Below are positions 1 through 25,600 of a stretch of DNA of 58,688 nt, one piece after another. The stretch covers positions 1,156,376 through 1,215,063 of the forward strand of contig NMRA01000061.1 of assembly GCA_002633005.1 (NCBI GenBank), read 5' to 3'. Position 1 is the stretch's first letter. Each line of letters opens with the position of its first letter. The notes beneath the pieces were generated by a model. The model was given only the letters and a program-made list of their open reading frames with translations. It made no database searches and was not told the origin of the DNA. Made by a program: the position numbers and the translations under genes. The DNA is from Phoronis australis (lineage: Eukaryota; Animalia; Phoronida).

Positions 1-257
1 GGGGGGGGGTGTTGGGTGTTGGGAGGTACTGTTGGTGTGTTTAATTTTTTTGAAATTGTTTGCGTGAAGTTATTAGTTTTATTGGCCATTCTTGAGATGT
101 AATGACTTTAGTTAATTTGAAGCCAGCTCATGCTTTGGTAAAGTCTCAACCTATTTGCTGGAAGAACGATGTGACGACACAAAATAAAGTCATTTATCCA
201 GCTCAGCCATTGGTTGAAATGCTACTGTATTCGCAACCACATTTGCTTGTAGCAAAA

Positions 258-303
258 ACGCCAGTAACGCGAGAACGTTACGCCAGTAACGCGAGAACGT
301 TAC
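258..303. repeat. Perfect 22-bp tandem duplication
   Basis: acgccagtaacgcgagaacgtt occurs twice in tandem. Confidence 0.9.
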
Positions 304-1289
304 AAGTGCCACTTTTGCTAACGCTTTGCTCGTGGTTTGAATTACCTCAGAATGCTACTGTTTCCATTAGCACTAAATTTGTAGCCAGACCCTTACTTCA
401 AAGTGCACTCATGGGCAGGGGTAAGAGGCCTGTATTTATCTTGCATTAATCAATTTGTGGCAGAGAGTGAAGGTGTTTTGACACGAATTTTCCCTTAATA
501 GTGGTTGAGTGGTGAGGAAACAAACTATGGCTGTCGGAAATTACACCTTCACATGTACAGCTTGGCTGTCTAGGTAATACAACGTTCACATGAGTGACAA
601 GAGTGCTAGCAATATCACTGCAAAATGCTGGCAATGAACTTCTCTGCATTGAGCTCTTTGTTCCAGAATTGTAGGGAATGGATTCACATTTTATTACGGT
701 TTGATGCATTAAAAGAATTAGTCCAAAATGTTTTAAATCAATTCTAGTTCAATAATTAATAACAACTTGTAAGGTCAATATCCCCTACAAAATCATGTTA
801 AAATCCTCTTCATACGAAAAGAATACTTTTTCGTTAGATCCCAACAAATGGATCCTTTCTATCTTAGGGCACGTTCTTAAATATCCCAGTTCCCCTGTGG
901 GTCCTACATCACATGGTGTAGTTGTCTCCCTTGTTTAGAACAGCTTTTGGTTTAGTTTAGCTGGACGTTGTACGATGGCTAAGGCCCTTTCCCACTAACT
1001 TGGATGGCTTGGTGTTCAAAGGACGTTGGTCAGTGGGAAACATGTTGAAATTCCCTCTTGGACTTAAGTTGGAACCGCATTGCAACTTCACAGTAAAAGT
1101 GTGGGTTTATGCAGTTTTGATACACCAGGAATACTTGCGTTGGAAATTACGAATGTTATGGTATTCACTATTGTTTTAACGTAAGCATTTCTTTTTTGTT
1201 TCAACTCTTCATATTTCAAAAAAAACATATGTACTTAAATCTGTTTTAATTTGTTACAATGACTACTCTTATCCAGCCTCCCGTTCAGT

Positions 1290-1400
1290 AGCGCTAGGAC
1301 TTCGCTAAAAAGCAAGATTTCACGAGATAATGTGAGATATTGCCGTGTATGCTATTTTAAATAAGAACCTGTGACTTTGGCTAGATTTTAGCTTGGTCCT
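1290..1400. repeat. Dispersed repeat fragment, same family as the foldback at 19936-20785
   Basis: gctaaaaagcaagatttcacgagataatgtgagatattgccgtg...gtgactttggctagattttagc aligns by eye to about 20698-20781. Confidence 0.75.
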
Positions 1401-3970
1401 AGTGTAAGTCCCAATGTTACTGAATGCACACCGCGCACCATTAGACAATAATGTCAATGTTGGCTAAAGTATCAAAACTGTTGGGAAAGCTATGCAGTTT
1501 ATGACCATGCACCTCTAGTAGTGGAGTTAACTCAGTGGGTAAAGGACTTTCGTAAGGATAGAGCCCAGTCATGAGAATGAAGTATCTATTAGTACAATCT
1601 GTAACTGAATATTATGTAATATTCCTTCCTTAATTTTCACCAATTATGAACACAGAATTGATTTTGGCAGGGGACTGATATCGGTAAATAGGAATATTTG
1701 ACTGAAGTCGGTGCTTAGCAAGTGAGGTTCCAGCTGAGGTTGTGCTGGCAAGCTGGTACTCACCATATCAGACACTGATTGGTTATTGCTCAGGATGGCT
1801 TTCATTAACATTTGGATTACCCAGGTGTACACAACCTAATCCTTTGGGCCCCTCTGTGTCTGGCATCTAATGCAAGTTTGGAATGTGAAATTGGCTACAA
1901 CACAATTGTTTTATTGCTTGTTTGCTGCGCATGCACCCTCTTTTGGGTTGCACGACAATCTTTCTCTCCACCCTACGAGCCTTCTCGTGTAATTCTTTTC
2001 CCATAAGTTGTATTTCTTTTGCCATGGGCTGTAATTCTGTTCATGTGAACATATTTATTTCTCCACGGTTGTACTGTGCAGGAGCCTCGATACATCTCAC
2101 CAAATAAATGTGCAGTGCAATGCAGTATCGCCAAGCACACCCAACTCATGCATCCTGTCAGACAGTGAAATGACTGGGGTTTGTGAGGAAGGAAATGTGT
2201 TTGAACAGAACTGCAGTGCGTGAGAGGGTGTGTAGGATTCTATATGATTAGTTCTCACACTTTGACCTGGTTGTTCTTGGGGGGCGGGGTGGAAGCAGTT
2301 AACCGTCAATCAAAAAGCACCTGTGGTGATTCTTCACTTTTTGCACGCAATATTTGCCATAATTGTCAAATTCTATTTTTTTCAAATGTTGATTTCCTTG
2401 CTGCATATGATGGAAATTAAACCGAACGTTGCTTAATGACATCTACGCAGTAGAAACCAAGTTAAGAAAAAACTATAAATTTGTCTTTTAGTAAAGTTTC
2501 TACAATTTGCAACACAATATGGCGAAATTTAGTACCAAACATTTATGACGGACATAAACAGGAAGACAGCTTTACCTCACTTATTACGGTAACTAATTTA
2601 GGACACCAGGTGGCAGACAAGTGATATTTTATTTTCTCACTTTTTGCATGAAAGATGTGACATATAATTTGCATATTTAGGGAGATAATTGCAGTTTTTG
2701 TATCTAGTCTATTATTGACTGGGAACTTCCTCCATCTTGTGTAGCATGCTTTATTTTATTTCGCCAATCAAAAAGTAAAAGGTTACTGGCTTATCGCATG
2801 TGTGCCAGCAGCTATATTGCCTGCCTAATCATTGACTATTATGGAGGGTATTTGGTATGCTGGTGGGGTAATTTCTTTAGTGTTGTCTCACAGCTGACAT
2901 CAATATTGCCAGACCTGATAAGACTAGTGCTGGCTATCAAGTCCTGTCTGTTTGACCTTTCTGTGTGCAGTGACTTGGAGCAAGCACTGGCTGGGGGCTA
3001 CTGACCTCTGGTCAAGAGAAGATTTACCCCTTCCTCTCGGAAAGGCTTTTTCTATTCTGATTTCTGAGGATTTTCATCTCAGTGGAAATTGTTTCGCAGT
3101 TTAGTCAGTTTTAGGAGAGAAAATGTTAGCAAGTTATGTTGCTCTGTGGTGAATTTTTTGTTTCGTTTTCTTTGTTCGCACACTATGTCGTATTTCTTGT
3201 CTGATTAACATGAAATTTACACACGCTTGCATGTACACACGCATACAGACCATGTATTCTGTCAGTATCTCAAAGCCTATTGTTTTTGGTCGAAATCAGA
3301 TCAACAAGATGTTGCTATGATGACCATAGCTCATCAAGGGCTAGAAATAATGTTTTTACACCATAACTTAACATGTTGGAGTTCTTTGAGGTTCTTTGCG
3401 ACTGCTCCATTGTTGACAGATTTTTGCTGTTCCTTTGTTGGTTTACCACCTACTGTACAAGTTCATTGCTTCTTAATCACTCGTATTGACTGCTGCTATG
3501 GTAACTAAATGCAATCTAATCCCAGGATCTTCTCGTTTGCAAGCCACTACTTCACCACTACGCCACCAGTACCTCTCCGAACCTGAAAATCTTTTTCAGG
3601 CCTCTTTATGCCATCGGAATTCTGAAGTCGTGTTTGTTTTTATATTGCCATAACGTATAAGCCATCAGGTTAAAGCAAGCCTACATTAAGACCTGGCAGT
3701 TCCCACTGTCATGCCACTGTACAAAAATGTCTACTCCTTTCCCAAAATGTAATCCATTGTTCGTTAGTCCACTTCGTGCAACTCCTGGAGGTTTTTTCAA
3801 AATCTCTCCGCTGCAATTTGGGTAAGAAATGGTAGCTCACTGTCCGAACAAGTGATCAATATACGATCAAAAGTCCAAATATATCCTTCCGTGAATTCCT
3901 TACTGCTGTAATCATTTAATAAAATTATTGACTTCCGCACTTAGTCAATATGTTGGTGTCAGACCCCCAT

Positions 3971-16855
<12,885 letters not shown>

Positions 16856-18330
16856 AAGGTCACGGCCAGGTCAACTGGGGATTAGAGTGGATGTGGAGTA
16901 CAGTGAATTTCGCACAGTCTGTCATGTGTCGATGACCTTTGAACTTTTGTGTAATACCGGTATAATCCCTGGTGTGGTCTTTTTGAACGGTGGTGTAATT
17001 TTAGTTTTTGGTGCGTTGTAATGTTTCTTAATTTTATTCCGCGATGGAATTGTTTAATCCTCCTTTTGAGGCGTGATTTGTGTAGGTTGGTTAGGAGGGT
17101 AATTCTTTTTTTAATGTTAATCTTCTTCAGTAGATTTGAGCGACATAATGGTAACTTGATGTAGCTGTAAATGAACTTCCAAAGCACTTTTATGTTTCAA
17201 ACTTGGGAACTAAGGCATGGTGTTATATGGCAATAGTAGCATGTTTTTGTATTCAAGGCGTCTTTATTAAAAATATTGTTTGATTCTATATTTGTTTTCG
17301 GTATTGGGATAAATTGACATTCATTCTTCACAACTGAAAAAGGGCATTTCAATAACAGTTAATGTTGTGCTTGTGAACCACGTCAAAGGGCACGAATGCA
17401 TTATTTAACATAGCTTAAGTATTTTTGTGGCAGTATAGCACGCTGATTGCGCTGACTAAAATCTCCCCGATTTCACCGTTTGTTTTTGTAAATGACTTTA
17501 TGTGAAGTTATAAGTTAAAAGTCACTTTCTCACTCGCAGGTAATTATTGATGTGGTCATTACAGAAGTGTGTGGGCAACTATGTTTCCGTATTTATTAAA
17601 CTCACTGTGAATATTATATATGTGATTTGGATGTATTGTAAACGTAGTGGTGGATTTCTGTAGAATTGTTTCCCCTTGCAATTGGTGCTTTGGTTTGCAA
17701 CTAAGATTTTGTAATTACCTCGAGATTTAAACATCAATACATGAATTGTCGTCCAAATTGTTAATTTTCTCCATGCCATTTTGCTGTATACTGGAGTTGC
17801 TATTTTAGTTTGATTGGACAGAGCTTCGTTTTTGGTGTGAAACTGGGTAACTGAAAACACTTAATGCTGGGTTTGCATGGATGTAGGGGAAAATGGGGCA
17901 AGTTGAGACATGTACTACACTTACTTTGGAAGCAGGAAGTTGAGAAAACAATCATCTCTTGTTATCACCTGATCAAAATAGATTGCTTGCCAGGTTATAA
18001 AGCAGATGACATTGCAAAAAAAAAACGATTTGATTTCCACTACAAATGATAGTGGTTTCTAAATCGAGGCCAAATCCATAATGTCAGTCTAGTCCATTGT
18101 TGAGCACTCTGGTCGTTTGTCATCACAACTTGTGAACCAGTTGTCTACTAGTGTTCAAAGAGTTACTCAAACCAAATGGAACTACTTTCACCAACCCGTA
18201 CCAGAGAAACAAACCCTAACCCACCAAGTTTTGGCTGGTAGTATTTGTCAAATACAAATGGCCCTAACTTAGATGTTGGTGAGGAATTCAAAATCACCAG
18301 TTTTAATCAACAATAATATCAATTTATTTC

Positions 18331-18428
18331 TAGTAGCGGATCCAGGATTTTGAGTTAGGGGGGCCAAGGCAGAGTATTAGAATTTTAGGGGGGGTATGGC
18401 CCCCTTGCCCCCCCCAAATTCGCCACTG
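18331..18428. mobile_element. MITE (cagtggcggat-type TIR family)
   Basis: Termini tagtagcggatcc ... aaattcgccactg; inverted relative of 47477-47566. Confidence 0.7.
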
Positions 18429-19499
18429 ATTTTAACCAGTGTTCCATCGCTGTGAGGTCATCGCTAATGCAGTAATTACACTGATACGTCAGTACAAATG
18501 ACCTTCGGTCAGCGTCGCTAACGTTAGCGCGGTTCTGATGCAAGTTATTTGACCAAGTACAAGGTCTCGTGAAACAAAAATTCCTGTTTGCGTACCTACT
18601 TTACAGGCGAATTGCAGTGGAGACTTTGGTCTGTTTTGCATACATGAGATTCCAATGAACGCCTGCTGGTCTCGTATGTTTGTGAAGATTTGGTAAAAAG
18701 AGCAGAGTTCGTACATCTACTTTTCTTATTATCTCTCTAGCTTCCTATTTTTTGAATATTGCATAAACGAAAAATTCCTACTTTCTTTTTTTCTTACTGT
18801 CTTCTTCACTGACTATAATTGCGCTCTAGTACTAAAGGACGTCATTTAAAGGTGCATTTTTGTCTCATTAGTCAAAATTGCCAAAACGTTTTCACTGCTA
18901 GTCCAAAAATGAAATCAACATTTTGCATATAAATAAACTTAGGCGCTTTTGGATAGATGGGATCGAGTGTTTCTGTGGAAAGTTGTAAATTTTTTATTTT
19001 CTAAATTTACATTGATTCTCCTCGCCTCTATCAAAATGATCGGATGACGACCAATAGCTACCATGAAAAAATAGACTTGTCCAATCTGTAAGATGCTAAC
19101 ACAGGTTCACGCAAACTTAGTCAAATTTGTAACTATAATGGATCTTTTCTGTTCCAACCCAAGTAACTATTAATAATTAGTCAGCTAACGTACTATTTGG
19201 CTCAATAATTAATACACTGAATGTTTTTAAGAGTTCGTACTTTTTTGTCAAAATTAAACTTTTTAGCAAGCTTCCTCTATGAACCCTGAAAGAGAAATTC
19301 ATGGAGCGCCTAATCCCTGTTTTTTCAAATTTTCCTGCTGAGGTAAGCTAATAAACGTACGGCATTACTGCAACGATGCGGGTGTTTACTAGACAGTTAA
19401 CGTATTTGAGGAATTGAGTACGAATGTATCGGCCACATTTCAAATGGCGTTTGAGAAAGTTCCAAGCACTTAGCCATTCGATCGTGGTAAAGCACGCCT

Positions 19500-19610
19500 T
19501 TACATTAAGCACAAAAAGTGGTCCGAATGTCTAGAGATTATTTTCAGCACTTTGAGCCATAGGTCCGAGGCTTTGAACACTTGACGTCGGAAGTATTTTC
19601 CTAGCCGATC
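19500..19610 (-). CDS. Monooxygenase terminal exon (DRLGKYFRRQVF...FLCLM*)
   Basis: atttgtttccag| phase 0; 36 codons to TAA. Confidence 0.75.
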   Translation of the reverse strand, partial: DRLGKYFRRQVFKASDLWLKVLKIISRHSDHFLCLM

Positions 19611-22600
19611 CTGGAAACAAATACATGTGGACATGTATATTACACCATCACAATGGTGCGATATATCCAGGGCCCAGTTGCTTAAAAGTTATAGGCCGTA
19701 TAGCAACAATGGCGTCGCGTTATCACGCGTCACGTTGTTGTTGTTGAACAATGCTCCTGACGTCATGAAATAATCAAACTTATCCAGCGGATAACTGTTG
19801 AAGTTTTGTCCAACTCAGCCCAGGTGTGTTAAGCACGACTTGAATATTTTTTACCCTCTTCTGCTGGTGACGTCATGTCGTTCATCCGATGGTTACGACA
19901 TCAGGGTAGAGTTCAGTGGCTGTCTCGCAAATGAAAAATCTAGTCAAAATCACGTATTCTCATTTACAACACACGACAATATCTCACGCAATCTCGAGGA
20001 GTCTTGATCACATTTGTTTTTGGCCAAATATGAGTAAGAACTTTTAAATCAGCACATAGGCCTACATGTACGTAAACACTGTATTAGTCGACGTTTCGGA
20101 TTATTGTCACTAAGCCATTCTCGAGACAAATACTCCAGTCAAGTAACACAGGAAACAGGATTCTCAGCATCAGAGTTAAAGAACACTGTAAAGACACACA
20201 CAATGCTGTTCTTAATCATTCACTGACTACTGGTCACATTATAGACTGATCTTGCCAGTGGACAAGGACAAATACAACCCTCAGCAGGATACGGTTGAAT
20301 GCTTTCATTTCTGGTCTCTCTCTCCGACAATGCATTTTGATATGTACTTGTGCAGACTGTTCTCCTGTGTTACCTGACTGGAGTATTGTGAAGAACGTCT
20401 TGAAAATGGTTTAGTGATGATTAACCGAAACGTCGACTAATACAATGTCTTTGTTACGTATGCGCTGATTTTAAAGTAGGCTTACTCGAGAAGTCTTGGT
20501 TTTTAGCGAGGCCCTAGCATTGGTCCTAGCGTTTCTGAACTCTAGGCCTACCCAGTTGAACTGGTGTGTAAATTGTAACAAACCCGCAAAATCTTTACAT
20601 TAAAAATGTACTTGTGTTACAGTGTGTTACACCAGGGTGTAAACTCACCAGGTGTTAGCCCAGCGGCCGGCCAGCCGTTCAGGAACGCTTGGACCTAGCT
20701 AAAAAGCAAGACTTCGCGAGATTTCGTGAGATATTGACGTGTATTTCAAATGAGAACACGTGATTTTGGCTCGATTTTAGCGAGGTGCTAGCGTTACTAA
20801 GCTACACCCGGGTCTGTAATCTTGCACGTGAAAAAACGCCAGGCGCCGGAATGCCTGTTAGTACCATGACGTCAAAATAAGTGGCGCAAAAACACATTCC
20901 TTCTTATATCTCAAAAACATTTATTTGAAATGTAATAATGATGAATAAAAGGCAGGCAATGAGGATGCACTCTGAGACGTACAATGGACACCTGACGTGC
21001 GAAGCACTCGGCTTTTTTTCCAAAAAACGCCTGATTACCGAGTCTAGGCGTACGAGCCTATTCGGTTACTAGTCAAACCCCATCACTTAGCCAAGACCTA
21101 CCTGCATACACTCATGACGTGTCAAGGCGGAGATAGCGCGACTGCATTCGTTACTGCACTCCCACTTGGCCTGCTTTACTGGGCACTTGGTTAGGATATC
21201 TCGGAACATGCTCTCGGACTGCCGGTAAAAAGTGGACGCGTGGCACGGGCCCACCTGGGTAGCTGAAAATTGAGCAACACTTGCCCATGTTACGTATCTG
21301 GTTGGGAAGTCGGATGGAAGACTAGTGGAGCCGTTTTCTATTTTTATCAACTTACAGTGACGCCAAGCTGCGTGTTGTGAAAATAATTACCTGGACATAC
21401 ATTTATAGGAGAATGCATGCAGTAATGTTCTGTGTATAATCCCTACTCTTATACTGCAAGATACTTCCTCATATACGAACACGTAATTGTCGAAACTCGA
21501 GGTGACGCAAACTTCGGTGTTTAAGCTGTATTTTGCCACTGTTTAGTTGTCAATATTGAATTCTTAACCACGCTCTTCCGAGTGGAATTCTGGCTGAATG
21601 CGCCGGCAACTTGAGTCACAGTCAATGCGTACGTGCACCAACACTTTGACCACGTCTGAGGCCAACTTAAACTCTGAAGCGTTTTCTTGAGTCGCTGATA
21701 GTTTCGGTGTTATTGGTAACGCATTAGAACCGTGGTAGCAACGGGTAAGGAGCATTACGAGACCGATTTTATGAGAGTAAATAATCCTAATTCGGTTTTC
21801 ATTTTAGCAAGCTCAGCACAGTGCGGATGCCTTAGATTTCTCTCCATGTTTTCACCGCATATGTTAACAGAATGAATGAGCTCGAGTCTCTATAAACGAA
21901 ATATATCATTAAAATAGGGAAGCTTCGTTCTCGTTTTTTAGCTATTTTTAACTAATTATAGGAGAACTTCTGTGAAATTTAAACTAGGTAAAAATCCGCG
22001 TTCCTTCCGAGAAGCGAACTGTGATTTGGACCACCGACTCACCGCAAGAAAAGTGCTGGTTCCAAACTCTGATGAGAAGTGATTTCTGAGTTAACTCAGA
22101 ACTGGCGGTTTGTTATTCGTTGAGAGAATTGTCGACGCATGATTGACTCGTCGTGACAAGCCAACTTATAGATACTGGTCCCAAACAATAATAGTCGGTT
22201 CTTACGTACCCTAACAATCATCACCAGTTTGACTAAGGAGACCAATTTCATAACAGTGCCACGTCCTAGTCGTAGTCTTAGTTGCATTTTTGTGACTCGT
22301 GCGTTTCTAATTGTTGGTTACATTGCCGTGTTGTGGACGTGAAAACAGAACTGATGTGGAAGTATGACGCCAATTACGCCCGTAAATAGAATACCTTCAA
22401 CTTCGTTATTCAGTGTCTTTTGAGAGGTGGAAAACGACTTAACTTCAAAATAGTTGTGCGGTCACCTTAATACCACAAAAAAGCTTCTAAACTATCTGAA
22501 GCGCGAGGAAACTATAAATAGGAAACTCAGTTGTTACTTACGATCCGATGCATTCGGCAGGCAGGTATCGTACTGAGCGAACTGGACACATTGAGCAAAG

Positions 22601-25600
22601 CCCGGAGCTTCGGGGTAGTAACTGACGAAGGCGTAACACATTTCTGCCTGAAATAGCACATAACACTGCTACAAATGCATCACGCTTTAATATGTTTCGT
22701 ACGTGTTTATCTTTACTAGGCAGCAACAACGTTTTTCTGATATCCATTTTAAAAAATCTGAAATGTTGTTTTAGTCATTATAGAGAGGACTGTTCCTAGT
22801 GACAAAGGCGTGAAAAACAAATTTTACCTTTACTTATGTTTCGAATTGTGAAGAATCGAAAAGTAAATGGATCGGAGGTCCTTGCTCATGCTTTGGATAT
22901 TTTTACGAAAATATGATTTGAGAATTGGTTCATATAATTTTTAAAGATAATAAGTTTTGATTCACCTGCTCTCCATTTTATGCCTGCCTACATCATATAT
23001 TTTGGGCAAGAAGGAAAAAGACAAACACTGCTTTACTGAGAATCAATATAAAAATCGACTACTTTAAACCAGAACTAAAAATCGTGCTTACGGAGAAAAT
23101 CTCGACTAATAACAAATACTGAAGCAAGGTTCCATCGGTCCATAATATCAGCGTAGAAATGCAATTTCTGATTATCCTCTTCCCAAGCAAATTGTAATTC
23201 TTTTTAAAGATTACGACGTATGCGCCAAAATGGTGGGCGTATGTTGCCGACAACTGATATTTAAAAGGATACCAAACCGGGATTTGGCCTATTAACAGAT
23301 ATTAAAAACGACTTTTCCACCCAATTATCTGATACAAAGAATGCTCCGTAATCCCAGACAACTCTCAAAAGTTTGCAGCAAAATTCGAAAACTCCTTTCA
23401 AAGTCTGCTAAACGGGCAAGCGTAACCTAAGATTTAGCAAATTGCACGGCAACTGTGGCGAATGACCACCCACCAAGGACCATAATATTCAATCTTTGAC
23501 ATGGAGAGTTTTTAGTTGATTCCTGCTTTCGTCATTCAAGATTGACGCCAATGATTAGCAAGTAACAGAACTAGGATTAGTTGAAATCATCAAAACAGTG
23601 TTTAGCAACTTTTTAACTTCTGTTGTATGTTAAAACATTCTCAGACCTGAATTCAACTCGACCCATATTTAATTGAAATATACTAGAGTGATGTAGGATA
23701 CTCACTCCAGAACCCTTTCCCCAGAATACCGACTGGTTGCCAGGATTGGAGAACCAGCAATCCAGTCTGACCTCGTCTCCTGGTAAAATCTCTACTTCCG
23801 GTCTATGCACGTGAAGGGATGACGATGAGTATTGAAAGTTGTCGTCGCTTGCAATGGTCTTCACCAACAAATCGTTACGATAGACACGGAAATGAGCTCG
23901 GACACCTGCAAACAAGTGTCGCAAAATAAATTTAAAGATTTAGTGAGAAAAGCTGGTAGGTCCTATTTAATACCGTTGATTTTGAAGCCAATGGGCTATT
24001 CCGAGTTCTTTAGGGTCAACTATCATTCAAGCTTGTGGTCAAAAGCGATATTGATTAAAGGATTTTGACAGATGGGACCAAAAGGACAACTTTGCAATTT
24101 TCGAACCAATTTCAATTTGTCACAAAATGTAAGTGAGAATCAATGGCTAAGATAATTCAAAGATGAAGAAGTAAAAAACTCAAAATTCAGCGGTAATGCC
24201 CGTCTTAATTTGGTTTGGATGATACCTCTTAATATAAAAGACCGTTGTAGATAGAATGCTGTCTTACCTAGGTGATGCATATGCAGAGAGGTCATCGTGA
24301 AATATATTGGATGCGCAAGGATCTGTCTCGTGCATGACGCGCTACAACTTCCGCTGACGAGTGATTGGGAAGCCTTGGCGGGGATTTCAATATCGTCCTG
24401 ACCAATCTGTACGTGACCGAGGTCATACTGTCGTAGCTTTGTAGTGTAGTATATCCGAAACCCGGAATTATCTAACGTAAAATATTAACGACTACAAGTT
24501 CACTTGAAAAGTTCTTTTTATATTTCATGTGACATAAAGGCAACCATGCCTACTTTTCTAGTAGTCGTCGATCTGGTCAAAGAAAATGAACATGTATGAA
24601 ATTATGATAAAGCAGTACACAGTGACGTGCTGCCTTTCTCAGATATACTTATCACATAGTAAGATTTTTGGATACGCTAGTTACACACTCTTTACAAAAG
24701 CTGGGAAAGTTATAGAATTTCATGAATTAAAGTTTCAGTCGCTAAAACACTAAAATCAATTATTAATTTCGCATTTATTGTGTTCTTGTTTGTTATACCC
24801 TTTTTCGAATTATTTACCGCTCCGTAACAGCGGTGTCTTAAATAAATTCTACATTACCAAATAAGTCCGTCCTTTTAAAGGCGTTGTTCCAGTGAATCTG
24901 AAGACCTAGGGTTTGTGTGGAATCTTTACCAAATCTGACCCCAGTGTTGCCATGGAGACACGTGCGCCCTGTCTGTCCCAGCGTCCACACTGTCAGCCAT
25001 ACCGGACACATTGTGCTGTCAGTGCCACTGCATTCGTGGGTCCGCTGAACATGGGAATTCGGTAATAAAAATGCACGTTAACTATGCACAACAGTATATC
25101 CAGTGGAACATTACACACTTACTGGTGTCCGTGTGTTACGTATCGCGGAATTCACAACCCGAAGAACTAGCATCTACCTTGCAAAACAAAAACACGTGAA
25201 AGCCGCAGGTCATGGCGAGATACCAAATGAGTTCTTCAAGTATGGCACTCTTTCTACGAAAGTTTTATTGTTGCGTCTCTTCTTTATGGTGTCTACCCCT
25301 AGCCAATGGTGTAAGACTGTGGTAACACAGTCAAAAAATGACCCGAAGAATTAACGTTGTATCCGACTTCTTGACGTTGCAGGTAAAGTATTTTCTAAAA
25401 TATCCTGCAGCCGCTTGAACGAATGGACAGAAGAAAATGAAACTTTATCGGAATGTCGAGCAGACTGTGGAAACGTTTATTCTATGGTAAACAACGTGTT
25501 TATTTTACACACTTTAATTACCAGGTACTTGTCGTTCAACAGAGGTCATCCTTATTGTGTTTTCATTGATTTAAAAAAAGCATTCGAAACACATTGAGAT

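Larger units (their letters stand above)
19936..20785. mobile_element. Foldback/MITE element interrupted by the Penelope-like insertion
   Basis: Left arm aaatctagtcaaaatcacgtattctcattt...aatatctcacg is inverted to cgtgagatatt...aaatgagaacacgtgattttggctcgattt. Confidence 0.65.

Noticed and set aside
21564-21755. ORF with CDSSC as a possible monooxygenase exon
   Set aside because: Not required, because 22542 splices in phase to 21262, and no good donor was seen.
22070-22110. CTGATGA followed by a hairpin as a hammerhead ribozyme
   Set aside because: No GAAA follows stem II.
25124-25178. Apparent mini-exon on - (ttttgcaag|gtagatg...acca|gtaagt) in the monooxygenase
   Set aside because: It is 55 bp with a stop in the required frame, and exons 2 and 3 already join in phase without it.
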